64,000 nt of DNA from Narcine bancroftii (GCF_036971445.1 NC_091478.1:94302001-94366000), one strand, 5' to 3'. Numbered from the stretch's first letter, positions 42,101 to 55,100 are shown. Numbers and translations: made by a program. The notes: a model not told the origin generated them from the sequence alone.

Positions 42101-45100
42101 GCAAAAGGGATGACTATGGAAAATGTAGGGATTTGGAAAGAAGGGTATTGGAACTTTTGAGGCATATAAAGGTGGATAAGTCTCTGGGTCTCAACAGGAT
42201 TTTCCCCAGGACTTTCCCCAGGACCTTGAGGGAAGTCAGGGAGGAAATAGAGGAGGCTCTGACAGTGATTTTCCAACAGTCACTAGAGGGGGACATGGTG
42301 CCGTAGGATTGGTGTGTCACAAACATTGTTCCTCTGTTTAAAAAGGGCTCCAGGTGTAGGCCCAGCAATTATAGGCCAGTAAGTTTGATTTCGGTGGTTG
42401 GTAAACTAATGGAAAGTATTCTTAGAGATGATATGTATAAGTATCTAGAGAGACAGGGACTGATCAGGGACACCCAACACGGGTTTGTGTGGGGAAGGTC
42501 ATGTTTGACAGATCTTGTTGAATTTTTTGAGTAGGTGACTAGGAAGGTTGATGAGGGTAGAGCAGTAGATATAGTCTATATGGATTTCAGAAAGGACTTC
42601 GATAAGGTTCCACATCGACAGTTGATAAGGAATGTTCAGGCGCTAGGTATTAATGTTGAGATAGTCAAATGGGTTCAATAGTGGCTAGAAGGTAGATGCC
42701 AGATAGTCATGGTGGATAATTGTCAGGATGGAAGCCGATGACGAGCGGTGTGCCTCAGGGATCTGTGTTGGGTCCCTTGTTGTTTGTTATTTAATGATTT
42801 GGATGATGGAGCGGTAAATTGGGTAAGTATGTGGATGATTCAATAATAGGGGGAGATGTGGATAGTGAAGATAGTTTTCAGGGACTGCAGAGGATTTGGA
42901 CTGCTTAGAAGAGAGGGCTGGAAGATGGAATTTAATACCGATAAGTGTGAAGTGCTTTAGTTTGGGAAGAATGATCAAAACAGGACATATGCAGTGAAGG
43001 GGAGGGCATTGAGGAATGCAGAGGAACAGAGAGATCTTGGAATAATGGTTCATCATTCTTTGAAAGTGGTTTCTCATGTGGATAGAGCGGTAAAGAAGGC
43101 TTTTGGTATGCTGGCCTTTATAAATCAAAGCATAGAATATAGGAGCTGGGAGGTGATGTTGAGACTGTTCAAGGCATTGGTGAGGCCAAATTTGGAATAC
43201 TGTGTGTAGTTCTTGTCCTCAAATTATAGGAAGGATATCAATAAGGTAGAGAGGGTGCAGAGAAGATTTACTAAAATGTTGCCTGGATTGCAGTATCTAG
43301 AATACAAAGATTGAGTAGACTGGGTCTTTATTCATTGGAGCGTAGAAGGTTGAGGGGAGATTTAATAGAGGTATATAAAATTATGAGGGGGATATATAGA
43401 GTAGATGTGAATAGGCTCTTCTCCTTGAGGGTAGGTGAGATTGGAATGAGGGGTCATAAGTTGAGGGTTAGGGGGCAAAAATTTAGAAGTAACATGAGAG
43501 GGAGCTTTTTCACTCAGAGAGTGGGGGCTGAGTGTGATCACCTATCAGAAGAGGTGGTTGCAGCAGGGTCAATTTTGTCATTTAAGAGAAGGTTGGATAA
43601 GTGCATGGATGTGAGGGGATTGGAGGGTTATGGACAGGGAACGGGTAGGTGGGACGAGAGGAGATCACTTAAATTGGTGCAGACTTGAGGGGCTGAGATG
43701 GCCTGTTTCCATACTGTAATTGTTATATGGTTATACTAAGCTAATTTTACATCCAGTTGGCCAGATAGCCTTGGATCCTATGTGATCTAACAACCTACCA
43801 TCCAGGATCTTGACAAAGTCCTTCCAAAACTTGTATACACAATCCATTGTGAGACATAATTTCCCACATACTAAACCATGCTATCCTTAAAGAATCCTTG
43901 CCTCTCTACATGAAAGTCTCTTAGAATCTGCTTCAATAGCTTTCCCACCACTAATGTTTGTCTCAGCAGCCTGTGGTTTCTTGGCTTGTCCTTGCAGCCC
44001 TCCTGATACATCAGCTGTGGCTAATAAAGATGCAAAAGGTCCCAGCAATTTCCCCTTTCGTTTCTCACAGCATCCCAAGATGCACCAGGTCAGGTCCAGG
44101 GATGCTCCAAGACATCACTATTCCTCCCTGAACTCTGGCTTCCATGTCCTTCTTCACTGTAATACAGATATGAAACACTTATGTAAGACTTTGCCCATTT
44201 CCCATGACCCCACACAAGCAGACTTGCTCTCTCCCCAGCTACGCTTTTGCTCCAAATGTCAGTAAACAATCTGTTGGATTTCCCTCTCCCTTGATTGTCA
44301 GAGGACCATGTCCCCCTTTTCGCCCTCTGTTTCTTTCTTCTGTTCTCCAAGGATGATCCCAGCTGTCTGGACCTGACATGTTTTTTTTTCATACCCAGAC
44401 CTTCAATATTCTTCAACCCTTCCAGCCTAGCCCTTCACTCCAACAGGAGCAGGTCCCTGAGCTTTCCCCATCAAAGCAGTCCTTCCTTTTTGTGTAGTCT
44501 GCCACAATCAACTTCCGCAGTTTCCTGCCGTTGGAATTTGGGTCTTCACTGGAGCACCTTTCCTGTTGTCTTGTACTATCGATAATAGAGGCCCATGTTG
44601 AGGGGGTTGGTGGAAGCAGTCGGTGAGCGGGCAAAAGGGAGGAGGAGGGTGGTCCATGCCCAAGCAGTGGGGAGTGGTCCTCGCCGAGGAGGGAGATGTG
44701 GGAGCTGGCTGGAGGGCAGGGGGGTGCTGAGAGAATGTTTTGAGGGGGTTAAGAGAGCAGTCTGTGAAGAGGGAGAGGGGAAGGGAGTGGTTCATATGGT
44801 GGGGGGGGGGAATGAGCAGTCTGTCGAGAAGGGGGAGTGAGACTGTGTTTGGGGGAGAGGAGGTGTCAGTGGGTGGGGGGGGCGGGGAGAGAGGAGGGGA
44901 AGGGAAGTAGTCTATATTAGGGTAAGAGTGGTCTGTGTTGGTGGGGTGGGAAAGAGAGCAGTCCATGTTGAGGGGGTGGGAAGATAGCAGTTAGTGTCAG
45001 TGTGAGGTAGTTGTCTATGAGTGGCCCTAATCTGCTGGTCTTTTTTTGCAGGGATTTGGTCTGAAGGACGGGGATATCATTGTGAAGGTGGCAGGCAAGG

Positions 45101-46621
45101 ATTGTAAGTGGAGCTCCAGGAGTGAGGTGATGAACTTGCTCCAGAACATGCCTGTTGATGGAGTGGACATCCAGGTGGTCAGTCCTCAGGGGCTAGAGCC
45201 TGCACAGCTGGTGAGTGAATGGGCTGAGGAGGTACTTTAGGAACAGCCCCAATTCCCAGCCACAGAGATCCAGCTAGGGTTGGTGTGCAGCTGGGACCTG
45301 CTGCCAGGGTTGGTGTTTCCCAGACAGGCTCAGAGTGTTCACACTGGAGGAGGGGATGCCAAAATAAGTCACACTGTGTTCCATCTCATGTGGGAAATAG
45401 CATGATATGGCCATTCAGCCTGACATATTTGCTGTGCAACTTCACTGATCCCTATTCCTCCAAGCACCAGACACCTGTGGGGCACTGAGGCCAGCTGAGC
45501 TGAAAGAGCTGTCATCTCGGCCCCAGCTCACTAAAGTCTTCACTGACAACAAGCATCCAGTCAACAGTAGGGTTTCCCATCCTTGCTCGTCACTAATCAC
45601 CCTTCCCCCACCCCCCCCCAACACCAGTAAGATTCAGCAGGAACTTACTTCATATTTGCAAGAATTCTCAGAGGGTTTATAAACAACCAGGTTAATTTGG
45701 GCTGCTGTGCAGGTGGAACAGATAGACTGTGGTTTAGTTGTGATCAATTTATCTCTTCTGACAAAAGCACCAAAAGAAGCAGTAGGCGACTTGGCCTCTC
45801 CTTCCCTCCCTTGCTGAGTAAATGAGGCTGAAGCATTTATTCAATTTCAGTAACATTGAATGTCCTCTGCAAATCCTACCCTGGGCATTCCCTTCAGGAA
45901 TGGAAGAGTCAAACAACAGGAGGGGTGCTCCCAGCTGAGTGAACGACAGGAGAGCTTCAGAAAATCAGATCTGCAGGGCTGGAACCTGGAGGAAAGAAAG
46001 AGCTGCTGGAGGGACTGAGTAGGTCAGGCTGCATCTATGGTGAGGTGGTGAGTCAGTATTTTGTGCCAGGACCCTTTATTAAGAGCCATCATGTATTGAA
46101 TTTTGAGAAAGAATCAAGACCCAAAACATTGACTGATGATCTCTCCCCACTGCTGCCTGACCCACTGAATCCTCCCAGCTTCTTTGCATTGCTGTGTTTC
46201 TCCACAGTTGCGAAGATACTCCTGATATTCTCAGCAATTCACTGACTCTGGAGGGGGGCGGTTTGACATTGAGGGCCATTGGGTTTCAGCTGGTGGAGGA
46301 GGTAACACATAGCTCTTTCTACTGTCTGAATGGTTGGAGTTCACTTTTCTTGATTTTCTTTGATTTCAGCCCAAGAGTGCAACACTAAGCGTAGGATTGT
46401 CCAAAACCTATTCCCTGTCCTGCTGGGCGTTGGATGAAGGGAAGAATATGAAGGGCAAGAAGGTGTCAAAGAAGCTGTCGTTCCTGAGCTGGGGGAGCAA
46501 GAACACCAAGAAGGCAGCGAGCACAGTCTGCCTTCCCCTGGCTGTGGATGGCAGCCGTCATCCAGCCTCCAGCAGTGATGCTCCCTTCAGCAACCTTCCT
46601 GACTGGAGCTCTCTCTACTGA
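21088..46621 (+). CDS. RHPN2: Rhophilin-2 (HR1 + BRO1 + PDZ), 15 coding exons, 678 aa
   Basis: Exons: 21088-21141 ([18 protein letters not shown]), 24377-24492 ([20 protein letters not shown]), 27255-27383, 28446-28521 ([15 protein letters not shown]), 29439-29516 (DFIQEHYSE), 30334-30458, 34511-34677 ([14 protein letters not shown]), 34975-35162, 35583-35739, 35836-35955, 36585-36776, 37312-37388, 38910-39056 and 45052-45210 (PDZ), 46370-46621 (stop TGA). Total 2037 nt, all GT-AG, frame open. Position between GPATCH1 and FAAP24 favours RHPN2 over RHPN1. Confidence 0.95.
21246..21629. repeat. G-rich minisatellite (TTGCCCGTACTCGT + G8-15) x~16, RHPN2 intron 1
   Basis: Directly visible, variable poly-G lengths. 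Confidence 0.96.
24680..25105 (-). mobile_element. LINE 3' end, probably Rex1/Babar-type
   Basis: TCAGAA-type tail plus TTTATTG, followed by decayed RT C-terminal-like sequence; runs into the gap. Confidence 0.5.
25106..25391. other. Assembly gap (286 N) in RHPN2 intron 2
   Basis: Run of N. The RHPN2 frame is complete without it. Confidence 0.99.
27480..28150 (-). mobile_element. Penelope-like element remnant (GIY-YIG)
   Basis: [35 protein letters not shown], a decayed GIY-YIG endonuclease. Related pieces at about 39095-39545, 44270-44590 and 51050-51780. Confidence 0.75.
31336..33325 (-). mobile_element. L1/Tx1-clade LINE, 5'-truncated, young
   Basis: RT and C-terminal segments (LFADDV; [10 protein letters not shown]; IRYLGI; GGLQLPN; [18 protein letters not shown]), poly(A) tail, 15-bp TSD CACATTCTCATTTTC (31321-31335, 33326-33340); one stop near 32373. 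Confidence 0.93.
33403..33582 (+). mobile_element. Short 3' end of the same L1/Tx1 family
   Basis: Reverse complement of about 31336-31533, poly(A), 19-bp TSD AAGAACGTATCTATCTCCG (33384-33402, 33583-33601). Confidence 0.9.
39580..43950 (-). mobile_element. Older CR1 LINE split by the 40490-43735 insertion
   Basis: [17 protein letters not shown] fragment at 40298-40489; homologous sequence resumes at 43736, as judged against the CR1 copy at about 48850-49940. Confidence 0.7.
40490..43735 (+). mobile_element. CR1 LINE, ~3.2 kb (end of ORF1 esterase + degenerate ORF2 APE/RT)
   Basis: [21 protein letters not shown] (SGNH-type ORF1); [14 protein letters not shown] (APE); [17 protein letters not shown] (RT); [14 protein letters not shown]; GTTATATG-type tail; many stops and frameshifts. 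Confidence 0.92.
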
Positions 46622-47141
46622 CAGGCTGCTCATGCTGGGGCTCAGGTTTCTCGACATCTACCTGAACTGTGAACCCCTCCTGACCTGTGCGTGCCAGATG
46701 CAGCCACCCAAGGCCTCGTGATGGCAGACTGTTCACTCACTCATCTCTCTCTCTGCGAGTAGATGCTTCCTGGGTGATTCCCAGATGCATGTGCAATTCC
46801 CAGCTGTTCCTGTGGCCTCAGTATGTGTCCTGCTACACAATGGCTTAGTCTCTAACAAAGGGTTGGTGTGTACAATAAATAGGGTGGGCTGTGCGGACCA
46901 CCTTGTCTTGAATGGGCAAACTGCAGTAAATGAGGCAAGATCTGTGTATGGTGCCCAAATGATGGTCTCCCCGCAACCTCTCTGGCCAAATTATGATCCT
47001 GCCTGATGTATCCCTGAAATGGGGTCAAAGAACAAAGGTGAACTGGCTTGTTCTCTAGCTTATAAATGTCTACAGCGTAGATTTAAAATATTACTGTTTG
47101 ATACTCAAATGAAAATTGCTTTAATTTAACAATTAGAATTT

Positions 47142-47147
47142 AATAAA
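47142..47147 (+). terminator. Candidate RHPN2 polyadenylation signal
   Basis: AATAAA in an AT-rich tract 520 nt after the stop; alternative AATAAA at 46874-46879. Confidence 0.45.
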
Positions 47148-48537
47148 ATACTAAAGCCTGAGACAGATTTTTATAAATTAAACTGATTTATAGTCTTATT
47201 TTTGCAGTAGAAATCTATAACTGATTGTCACCAGGGTTTGTTGGGTGTAATTGTAAATCCTTCGTCTGTGCCTTTAACAAAGTCTTTTGCTCACAATGTT
47301 TGGCATTTAATAATTTCACCCTGTATAGGACTGCACTCTCTCCCAATCTCACATGTGGCTGGGAAACTAATGTTCCTCAGACGTCACACGAGGAGCCATC
47401 TTGCCCTCAGACCCACCCTGACCCTCTGCTCAATGGATGGTCATCCTCGAGGTACTGGCCAGTGGAACTAAACTCTCCGTGAAGACTGATAGTGATTTGA
47501 TGTCGCTGGACTTGTTTAATGTGTCCCACTGTTTCCCCCCAAGGGGCCAGATTCTAACTTACCTTTCTGGTGCATTGGGATAATTGATGATGTGAGCAAC
47601 TATGCACAGATTATTTTTGTGCAGGAATTAAATCCAAATGTAAAACTGTTCTTGCCTTGTTTGTGGAGCTAAACCAACACCATCAACATCAAAAACAGGT
47701 CAGATTCCAGTGGTGTGGCTGGGAACTTGGATGGCAATGTCTGTGATCCAGTGCTGGTTGGTCCTGCCCATGAGGGGTGGGTAGATTGGAGGAAGGTGAA
47801 GGAGCTTGGGGCAGGGGAGAGTGGAGGTCCATAAAGCTGATGCTGTAGGGGGTAAATGATGGGGTTGGTTGTTGCCTATGAGGGGAAGGGGGTGGTGGGG
47901 TGAATCAGAGATGCCTGCTGCCTATGGGAGGACATGAGCTCAGCCTGCACCTTATCCCCAGAGGCCAGACTAGAAAGAATTGGGGGTGGGGGGTGGGCAG
48001 AGGGGTTTCTGGGTGATGACCTTTTCCCTAGCTATATTTCCTTGCCATTGGAATGATGAAACCCTTGTGCTACCCACTCTTGTGATTGCTATCTTTCCAC
48101 CTTTATCTGCAGCCCCCTGCCTTTCATGAATGGTGCCTAGAGATTAGGCACGTTAGGGTTGGCAGCAGACTGAACGCAGAAGGAACAGACCCCTCCTCCA
48201 ATGTAAAAGGAAACAGGAAGACCTTGGTGGGGGGGAGGGGATGAACCCACGCAGGCACAGGTAGAGTGTGCAAACTCCACCCAGACAGCAATATTAGCTG
48301 GGTCAAACCCTGTTTTCTGAAGTGAGGCAAAGGCTCGATCGGTTGCACCACTGTGGTTGGTGCCCCTAGTTGGGGAGCACTGCTCTTTGGTATCAGTGGT
48401 GCTGAGGACACACTGTCATCTCGTGGCTTTGTGCACCCCCATTGCTCACTACCCTCAACAGAACGTTCACAAGACTATGAAGAAAATTGAAGGAGCCCTG
48501 TATGACTGTGCCCCTGTTCTGTGTTCAACCACCATGG

Positions 48538-51500
48538 TTAGCTAGTTGCAGGCAGCTGCTCTGAGCCAGTCCCAGGGACTGGTGCGAAGAAGTCTATGAC
48601 CTGCTGGGCCACAGCTGCTCCAGCCATTGCTTCCAGGTCCTGGGGGGCAGCCACACTCAGCTGCTGAATACTGGGGAACCGACAGAGGAGATTCATGGCT
48701 TTCACCTTTCCAACTCCAGGAATCTTCTGGACAGAGGCAATGATCGCAGCATCACACAGACCCCAGCGGTTCTTGTGCAGAAATGGATTGTGGTCCTGGT
48801 CCCTGGTCTCCTCATCCACCTGCAAGAAGTGGGGGGTTAGCTCAGTCTCCAACATCTATCAGTCTATGCATTCCCTCATCCTCTTACACTCGATGGAAAA
48901 AAATAGGCCCCAGTCTATCCAGCTTCTCCCTATAACTCAAGCCCAATAGTCCTGGTAACTTACTTATGAATCTTTTCGAGCTTTATGTAGCTGAGTGACC
49001 AGAACTACACACAATACTCCCAAGTATGGGCTCACCAACATCTTGTACAATGTAACGTGACATCCCTGCTTCTGTATTCAATGCCCTGACCAATCAAGGC
49101 AACAGTGACAAATGTCTTCATCAACCTGTCTTCCTGTATTGCCACTCTCAAGGAACTGACCCCCAAGTCTCTCTGTTCTACAACACACTACAGGGCCCTA
49201 CTAAACCCCTACAGTGGACCCAGAAACAATTCACTGTAGACGTCCTGCCCTGATTTAACCTTCTGAAATGCAACACCTTGCATTTATCCATGTTAGCATA
49301 ACGGTATGGATGCAGCGGTTAGTGCAATGTTGTTAAAGTGCCAGCGATCTGGGTTCAAATCTAGTGCTCTCTTAAGGAGTTTGTATGTTCTCCCCCTGAC
49401 CTGCAAGGGTTTCCTCCAGGTCCTCCAACCATTCAAAAGATAGCAGGGTTGTAGGACAATTGGGTATAATTGGGTGGCATGAGCCTGTAGGCTGAAAGGG
49501 TCTGTTACTGTGCTGTATGTCCAAATTTAAATTTCATCTGTCATTCCTTAGCTCATTTTTCCAATTAACTACATCCTCAATATCCTTTTTCACTCTCCAC
49601 AAAGGCTCCAATTTTGGTATTATCCATAAACTTACTAACTGTGCTAACGACATTGTTATTGTGGATACAGATGACAAACAACAATGGACCCAGAAACAAT
49701 TCCTGTAACACTCCATTGGACACAGGCCTCCAATCTGAAAAATAACCCTCCACTACCACTCTTACACCTCCTACCAAGCCAATGCTGTATCCAATTAGCA
49801 GCTCACCCTGAATACCATGCAATCTGACCCTTCATGGGATGCTCTCAAACACCTCACTAAGGTACATGTGGATAATGACCACGGCCTTGCCCTCATCAAT
49901 CTTCTCAGTCACCTCTTTAAAGAACTCAAATCAAATGATCAGATAAAAGAACTGAGCAATTTCTGATTTACTGAGAGCATTATTTGGTCAGGTGGTTTTG
50001 TAACCCTGCAGTGTCAGTGAATACTGCTGCCAAACAAGCCAGAGATCTGGCCTCTGAACCTGGGGCAAGATGTGAAGAAAGAGTACTTACCAACTGTGCG
50101 ATGAGCTGCGAGGCCTCAGACTGGCTGGCTACAGGCAACAGGCTCAGACCCAGTTCCAGCACCACAAACTTCTGCACCCCACTAAAGTACTGCTCGCTCA
50201 GCCGCGTCCTCTCCACCAGAACAATCCCATTCAAAGTGCTCGCCTGAATGCAGGGGATGGAAGCAGATAGACATGCTTTCAAATAGTTATAGTCATGAAA
50301 TCATCCAGTATAGAAACAGGCCTTTTTGGTCCACCAGTTCTCTACTGACCATCATGCCTATCCATATTAATCCCAGGAGGTAAATAAGAAACTCTGCAGG
50401 TGCTGGGGTTTAGTGCCATATATGTAAGTATTGGAATAACTTATCAGGTCTCACAGCATCCATAGGAAGTAAAAAGCAGTCAACACTTTGGGCCTGAGCC
50501 GTTCCTCGGGAGAGGAAGGGCTCAGGCCTGAAATGTTGATGCCTTTACTTTGTGTGGTTGCTGTGTGACTTGAGTTTCTCCAGCATTTTTATGTACCAAC
50601 TCGTACCTTGACCCTTTCGTAACTCGACATCATTCCAGTGAATTTGTACAGCATCCAATGAGGCTGATGCTCATCCTGGGTACACTGTGCACACATCGAT
50701 TGTGGACCTGATGACCTACATCCCAATCTATCAAAATTCCCTGGATTTGGGAGAAATTCCAGAGGACAGGAAAATCAGAAATGCTCCCACCACTGTTCAG
50801 GAAGAGGGGTATGGAAAGCAGGGAGCCAGAGCTAATCAGCCAATGTCTGCCACTGGTAAAATGCTGGACTTCAGTATTGAAGTCCAGCAGGAACAATTAG
50901 AAAGTGATAAAGCAGAGATAGTGGCTTCGTGAAAGGGAAATTGTGACTGACTGTTTTGAGTTGTACTTGATAAAAGTGCATGGATTTGGAATGGTATATT
51001 GGTGTGAATTGGAGAATGGCTATCAGGGATTTGAGGTAAATGGGACACACTTGGGTTCTGTCAAGCAAATGAGATCAATGGTGGAGGGAAATTGGTCAAA
51101 ACAAGGGGCTTTGAGACCTTTCTGATGAAGGATGGATGTATGCACAGACTGAATATCCATGGTGAGGATGAGATGGAGAGGACTAGGGAATCAAAAGTTA
51201 TCAAAATGGCAAGCAACATAGGAGATATATCCCAGATCAAGATGGGAAGGTGCTGGAAAAGGGAAGAGAGGGTGGAATCAAGATTGAGGAGTTAAGTTCA
51301 GTGTGTCAAGAGCAGGTGGAAACAATGGGCATGCCAGGATGGTCCTGTTGGGAAGTGTGGGGTTGGGGCACCCATCAGGTTGGAGGCTGTCGGGGAGATA
51401 TCGATGCGATGAGATCTATGACAGCGTGGGAGTCAGCGGTCTAGTATTTGTTGGTGGCTCGTGGTCTAGAGGAGGGATTCAGGAGCTGGCATCTGGCCCC

Positions 51501-54027
51501 TTCAAAGTAGACATCTGTTCGTCAGATCACAACGGCACCACCTTTGTCATGGCTCTGAAATAGTAGATGACAAGGTTGATGACAAGGTTGTGGATGGTGT
51601 GAATGCTGTGTGTTAAGTGTGGGTGAGGGGAGGGGATTGCTATGTGTTGGGAGGGGTTAAGGTTAGATGGGCTGTGAGGGGATAGAGAAGTCAAGGCAGT
51701 TGATCTTGCGTCAGTATTGAGAAATGAAAAGGTCAAGATAAGGTAAAAGACCCAAAGGGTCTGTTCAAGAGGAAGGAAAGACATGAGAAGGGGTCATAAG
51801 TTGGAGTGGGGACTCCTGACCAAAGAAATAGGTGAAGGCTCTTTTATATTACTCCTCATTAGCTGACTTACATTTCGAAATCTGACAAGTTTTCTTTTGT
51901 AACCGCTTCCAGCCACGAGATCTGCCTCAGAAATATACAAGACACAGAGTCGCTTGGAGAGGTGGAAATCCACTAGACCCAAACCATCCTCAAACATGAC
52001 TGTAACCCTGCCTGGAAAGAAAGAGAAGAGTCAGTGAGAGTGAGAGGGACAGAGCAGAGGCCTGTGGTGTGGTGACAACAGCGGAGCCTGGAAAACCCCA
52101 GAAACCTGGCAATCTGTGGATGGCACCAGTCAATGCTGTGAAATGCAGAACCCCCAAGCGTGCAGCTGTGCTGAGGAGCCCTATAACCTGTATGTGATTG
52201 AATGGTTGACTCACATCGGCCCTGCAACAACCATATAGCCGAGGATATAGACGATTCCCTGAAGTTATTATAAGAACATTCAATTAGAGTCAGAGAGAGA
52301 TCAAGTATGAAAATAGGCCCTTTGGTCCACTGGATGCTCACCATTAACAACTCATTTTCACTAACACTACAGTCATCTCACATTCTTATCAACACCGCAG
52401 ATGCTACTACTTCCCTATACACTAGGGACAATTCATTTATACACTCCCATATCGTTGGGATGTGGAGGAAACTGGAGCACCTAGGGAAACCCACCTGGTC
52501 ATCGGGAGAACATGCAAATTCTGGGCAGGTAGTTCCCAAGGTCAGGTTTGAACTGGGTCTCTGAAATGTGAGGAATAAAAATTCTCCCAGGTAGCCAGTG
52601 GATGTGGCAATCTGGACCAGTCCCCATCACTCCCCCACCCTCGTATAACTGTCTCCCAGTACAGCACAGATGATCACCATACTATTGAGATGGTGCAGAG
52701 GAGATGTTGCCTGGGCTGGGTATTTCAATAACAAGAAGAGACTGAAGAGGCTGTGTGTGTATGCCAAAAAGTAGGGGAAGCTGACGGGTCCTGCCAGAGG
52801 GCTACAAATTATGATAGGGATAGGTAGGGTAGAACAACAAAAAATGTTTTGTGAAGAGTGAGGAGTTGAGAGGAGATCCGAGTTTGGTCTGGAATGCAAT
52901 GCCTGGAGGCGGTGTACTCACAAAGTGTCTCGATGAGAACTAATTCACCATAGCGGAGAAGGCTATGGACCAAGTGCTGGTAACTGGGATTCATGCTTGG
53001 TACTGGCATGAACTGATCTCAGCATCTTGACAGAAGGATAGAGGCAGCTCTTCATTCAGAGATGTGTGAACCTTTAGAATTCTATAAGGGACTGATAGAG
53101 GCAGCTCTTCATTCAGAGATGTGTGAACCTTTAGAATTCTATAAGGGACTGAGGAGATCAAGGTCAGAAGAAATAATTCATGGGTCAGTGATCAGGGCAA
53201 AGGCAGGGACTGATCAATACAACAATGTGTGATATGGCTCCAGGAGCAGGCAGCAGATCTGAGGGGTGAGTTCTGTATGAGAGCTGCAGAAGAGATGGGG
53301 CAGGTCTGCAGAGTGAAGTTAAAACACAATTATGGAGAAATTCAGCAAGTCAAACAGTGCACTTCATATATCAAAGATAAAGATACATAACCAATGTTTC
53401 AGGCTCAAGACCTTCATCAAAGTATGAGCAAAATATAGGCAAGTGCCCAAACAAAATAGTGGAGGGCTGGAGAGGGTGAATGAATGGGTACAATTATAAA
53501 GGAGATTTCAGAAACAGGGGAAATCACCATCAGTGTAAGTTATTCAATGTGCTGTGGGTGTGAATCTATGGCATCACAGAAACAGTGGGGGAGGTTAGCA
53601 GGGTCAGGCTGAGGCCAGGGTATGACAGAGTAGGGGAGGAGGCTGGGTGTGTGAGGTGGGGTGTGGGGAGAAGATGAAGGGACAACTGATGGTGAGCTGG
53701 AACAGTGGGAGTAAACAGTATGAGTAACACAGATAGGATTTGGCCTCGAGTCTGAGAAGTGCTTGGTGGTTGGAAGAAAGAATGTGGGGCTGGGGACGAT
53801 CAGTAGATAGTGAGAGGGTGTGGGCAAAGTAACTTGAGCCAGGCCTGGTTTGAGGGGAAAGAGTTGTTCTACTGGTCCATTTCCTGTGGCTCCAACCTAC
53901 CCTGACAACCAAGAACCAGCTCGGAACCTCTCCACTTCTCATTCACAATGACGTGTCCGAGGGGAACTGTGGTAACACCAGGTCGAACCGGAGTGCTGCA
54001 CATACTGGAAGTCAATGAATCATCCAT
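48538..54027 (-). CDS. FAAP24: Fanconi anemia core complex-associated protein 24 (ERCC4-like + HhH), 233 aa
   Basis: Coding exons (minus): 54027-53901 (MDDSL..VPLGHVIVNEKWRGSEL), 52011-51872 (FEDGLGLVDFHLSKRLCVLYISEADLVAG), 50243-50091 (GIVLVERTRLSEQYF..VQKFVVLELGLSLLPV), 48819-48538 (VQKIPGVGKVKAMNLL..FPSIQQLS, stop TAA). Total 702 nt, phases consistent; acceptor of first coding exon at 54049/54048. Confidence 0.94.
48850..49940 (-). mobile_element. Decayed CR1 LINE in FAAP24 intron, interrupted by a SINE
   Basis: HGIQGEL..RVVVEGYFSDWRPVSNGVLQ..LGPLLF RT fragment. Confidence 0.75.
53037..53152. repeat. ~57-bp direct tandem duplication
   Basis: GATAGAGGCAGCTCTTCATTCAGAGATGTGTGAACCTTTAGAATTCTATAAGGGACT occurs twice. 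Confidence 0.9.
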
Positions 54028-54837
54028 CACAACTCACGGAATCATCACCTGGGGAATGAAACAGATTAATGTGCTTTAATTCAATAGAAACCTCAGCTTG
54101 CACCCTTCCCACCTTCAACCCGCATGGACTTTTAAAAATTACATATGAATTGTTACTAGTGTGTTTTACAGGAGTGTGGGTAGGGAGAAGGGGGGGGAAC
54201 TGTATGGAGAAGGGTGTGCTGGGGAGGGAAGTGTGGGGGAGAGTGAGAGTGGGGAGTGTGTGGAGTGGGGTAATGTGTGTGGGCAGAAGAGAGGGTGTAT
54301 TATGGAGGGAAGCATGGATATGCGTAGGGAGAGGAGAGGGTGTGCTGGGGATAGAGTGTAGAGAAGAATGTGCTGGGAAGGAAGTGTCTGGGGAGAGGGA
54401 AGGTGTGCTTGGGAAGAGAGTGTGGGGTGAGGAGGGTGATGTGTGAAGGGTACACAGGGTGTACTGAGTAGGGGAGTGTGGGGAACAGAGTGTGTGGAGA
54501 TAGGGACAGGTGTGTGGGGACACCGCTGGGGAGTGAGTATGTGGAAATGGGGACAGGTGTGCTGGTGAGGGGAGTATAGGGTGAGGGAGCAGGCTGTGTG
54601 TGGGGGGAATGTGTGGGGTTATTGGGGGTCGGGATTATGGGGTAACTAGGGGTCAGGGGAATTTGGGGAGACTGGGGGTCAGGGGGAATGTAGGGGAAGA
54701 ACTGGGGGGGTCAGGGGGAATGGGGGGGAAGACTGGGGGTCGGGGAGATTGTGGGGTAACTAGGGGCTGGAGGAATGTTGGGGGGAACTGCCCGACCCGT
54801 CGGAGGGGGGGAAAGCAAAGTGTCCACGACCACCTAC

Positions 54838-54900
54838 CCTTCGGGGAGAATCTTCTCACACCAATCCGCGAGAGGGCCACTCTCTCCCGGGTGGCCAGTT
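54838..54900 (-). other. Probable non-coding first exon of FAAP24 (5' end approximate)
   Basis: Donor AGG|GTAGGT on minus at 54838/54837, just downstream of the CCAAT cluster. The first coding exon has its own acceptor, so an upstream exon is required. Confidence 0.55.
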
Positions 54901-55100
54901 TTGATGATTGACAGGTAACAAAGACCAATAGAATTTCGAGTTTACGCAGGGGAACTGACATTATCCAATCAAATTCCGTCTACTTATTTAATTGAGAAGC
55001 AGCCACTCACTTCATCCCATGCCAATGAAGCAAATGGTGATTGGTGGATTAGAGCGGACGTCACAGTGGCTTCTGGGCGGGCCAACTGGCGTCATGTCAG
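54900..55100. promoter_or_regulatory. Bidirectional CpG-island promoter for FAAP24 and the TIN2-like gene
   Basis: CCAAT at 54925, 54965 and 55022; ATTGG at 55040; CRE-like GACGTCA 55057-55063; GC box GGGCGGG 55075-55081; CpG-rich; lies between divergent first exons. Confidence 0.7.

Noticed and set aside
49300-49530. tRNA-like A/B boxes as a tRNA gene
   Set aside because: Followed by the SINE core seen many times in the window; no complete cloverleaf.
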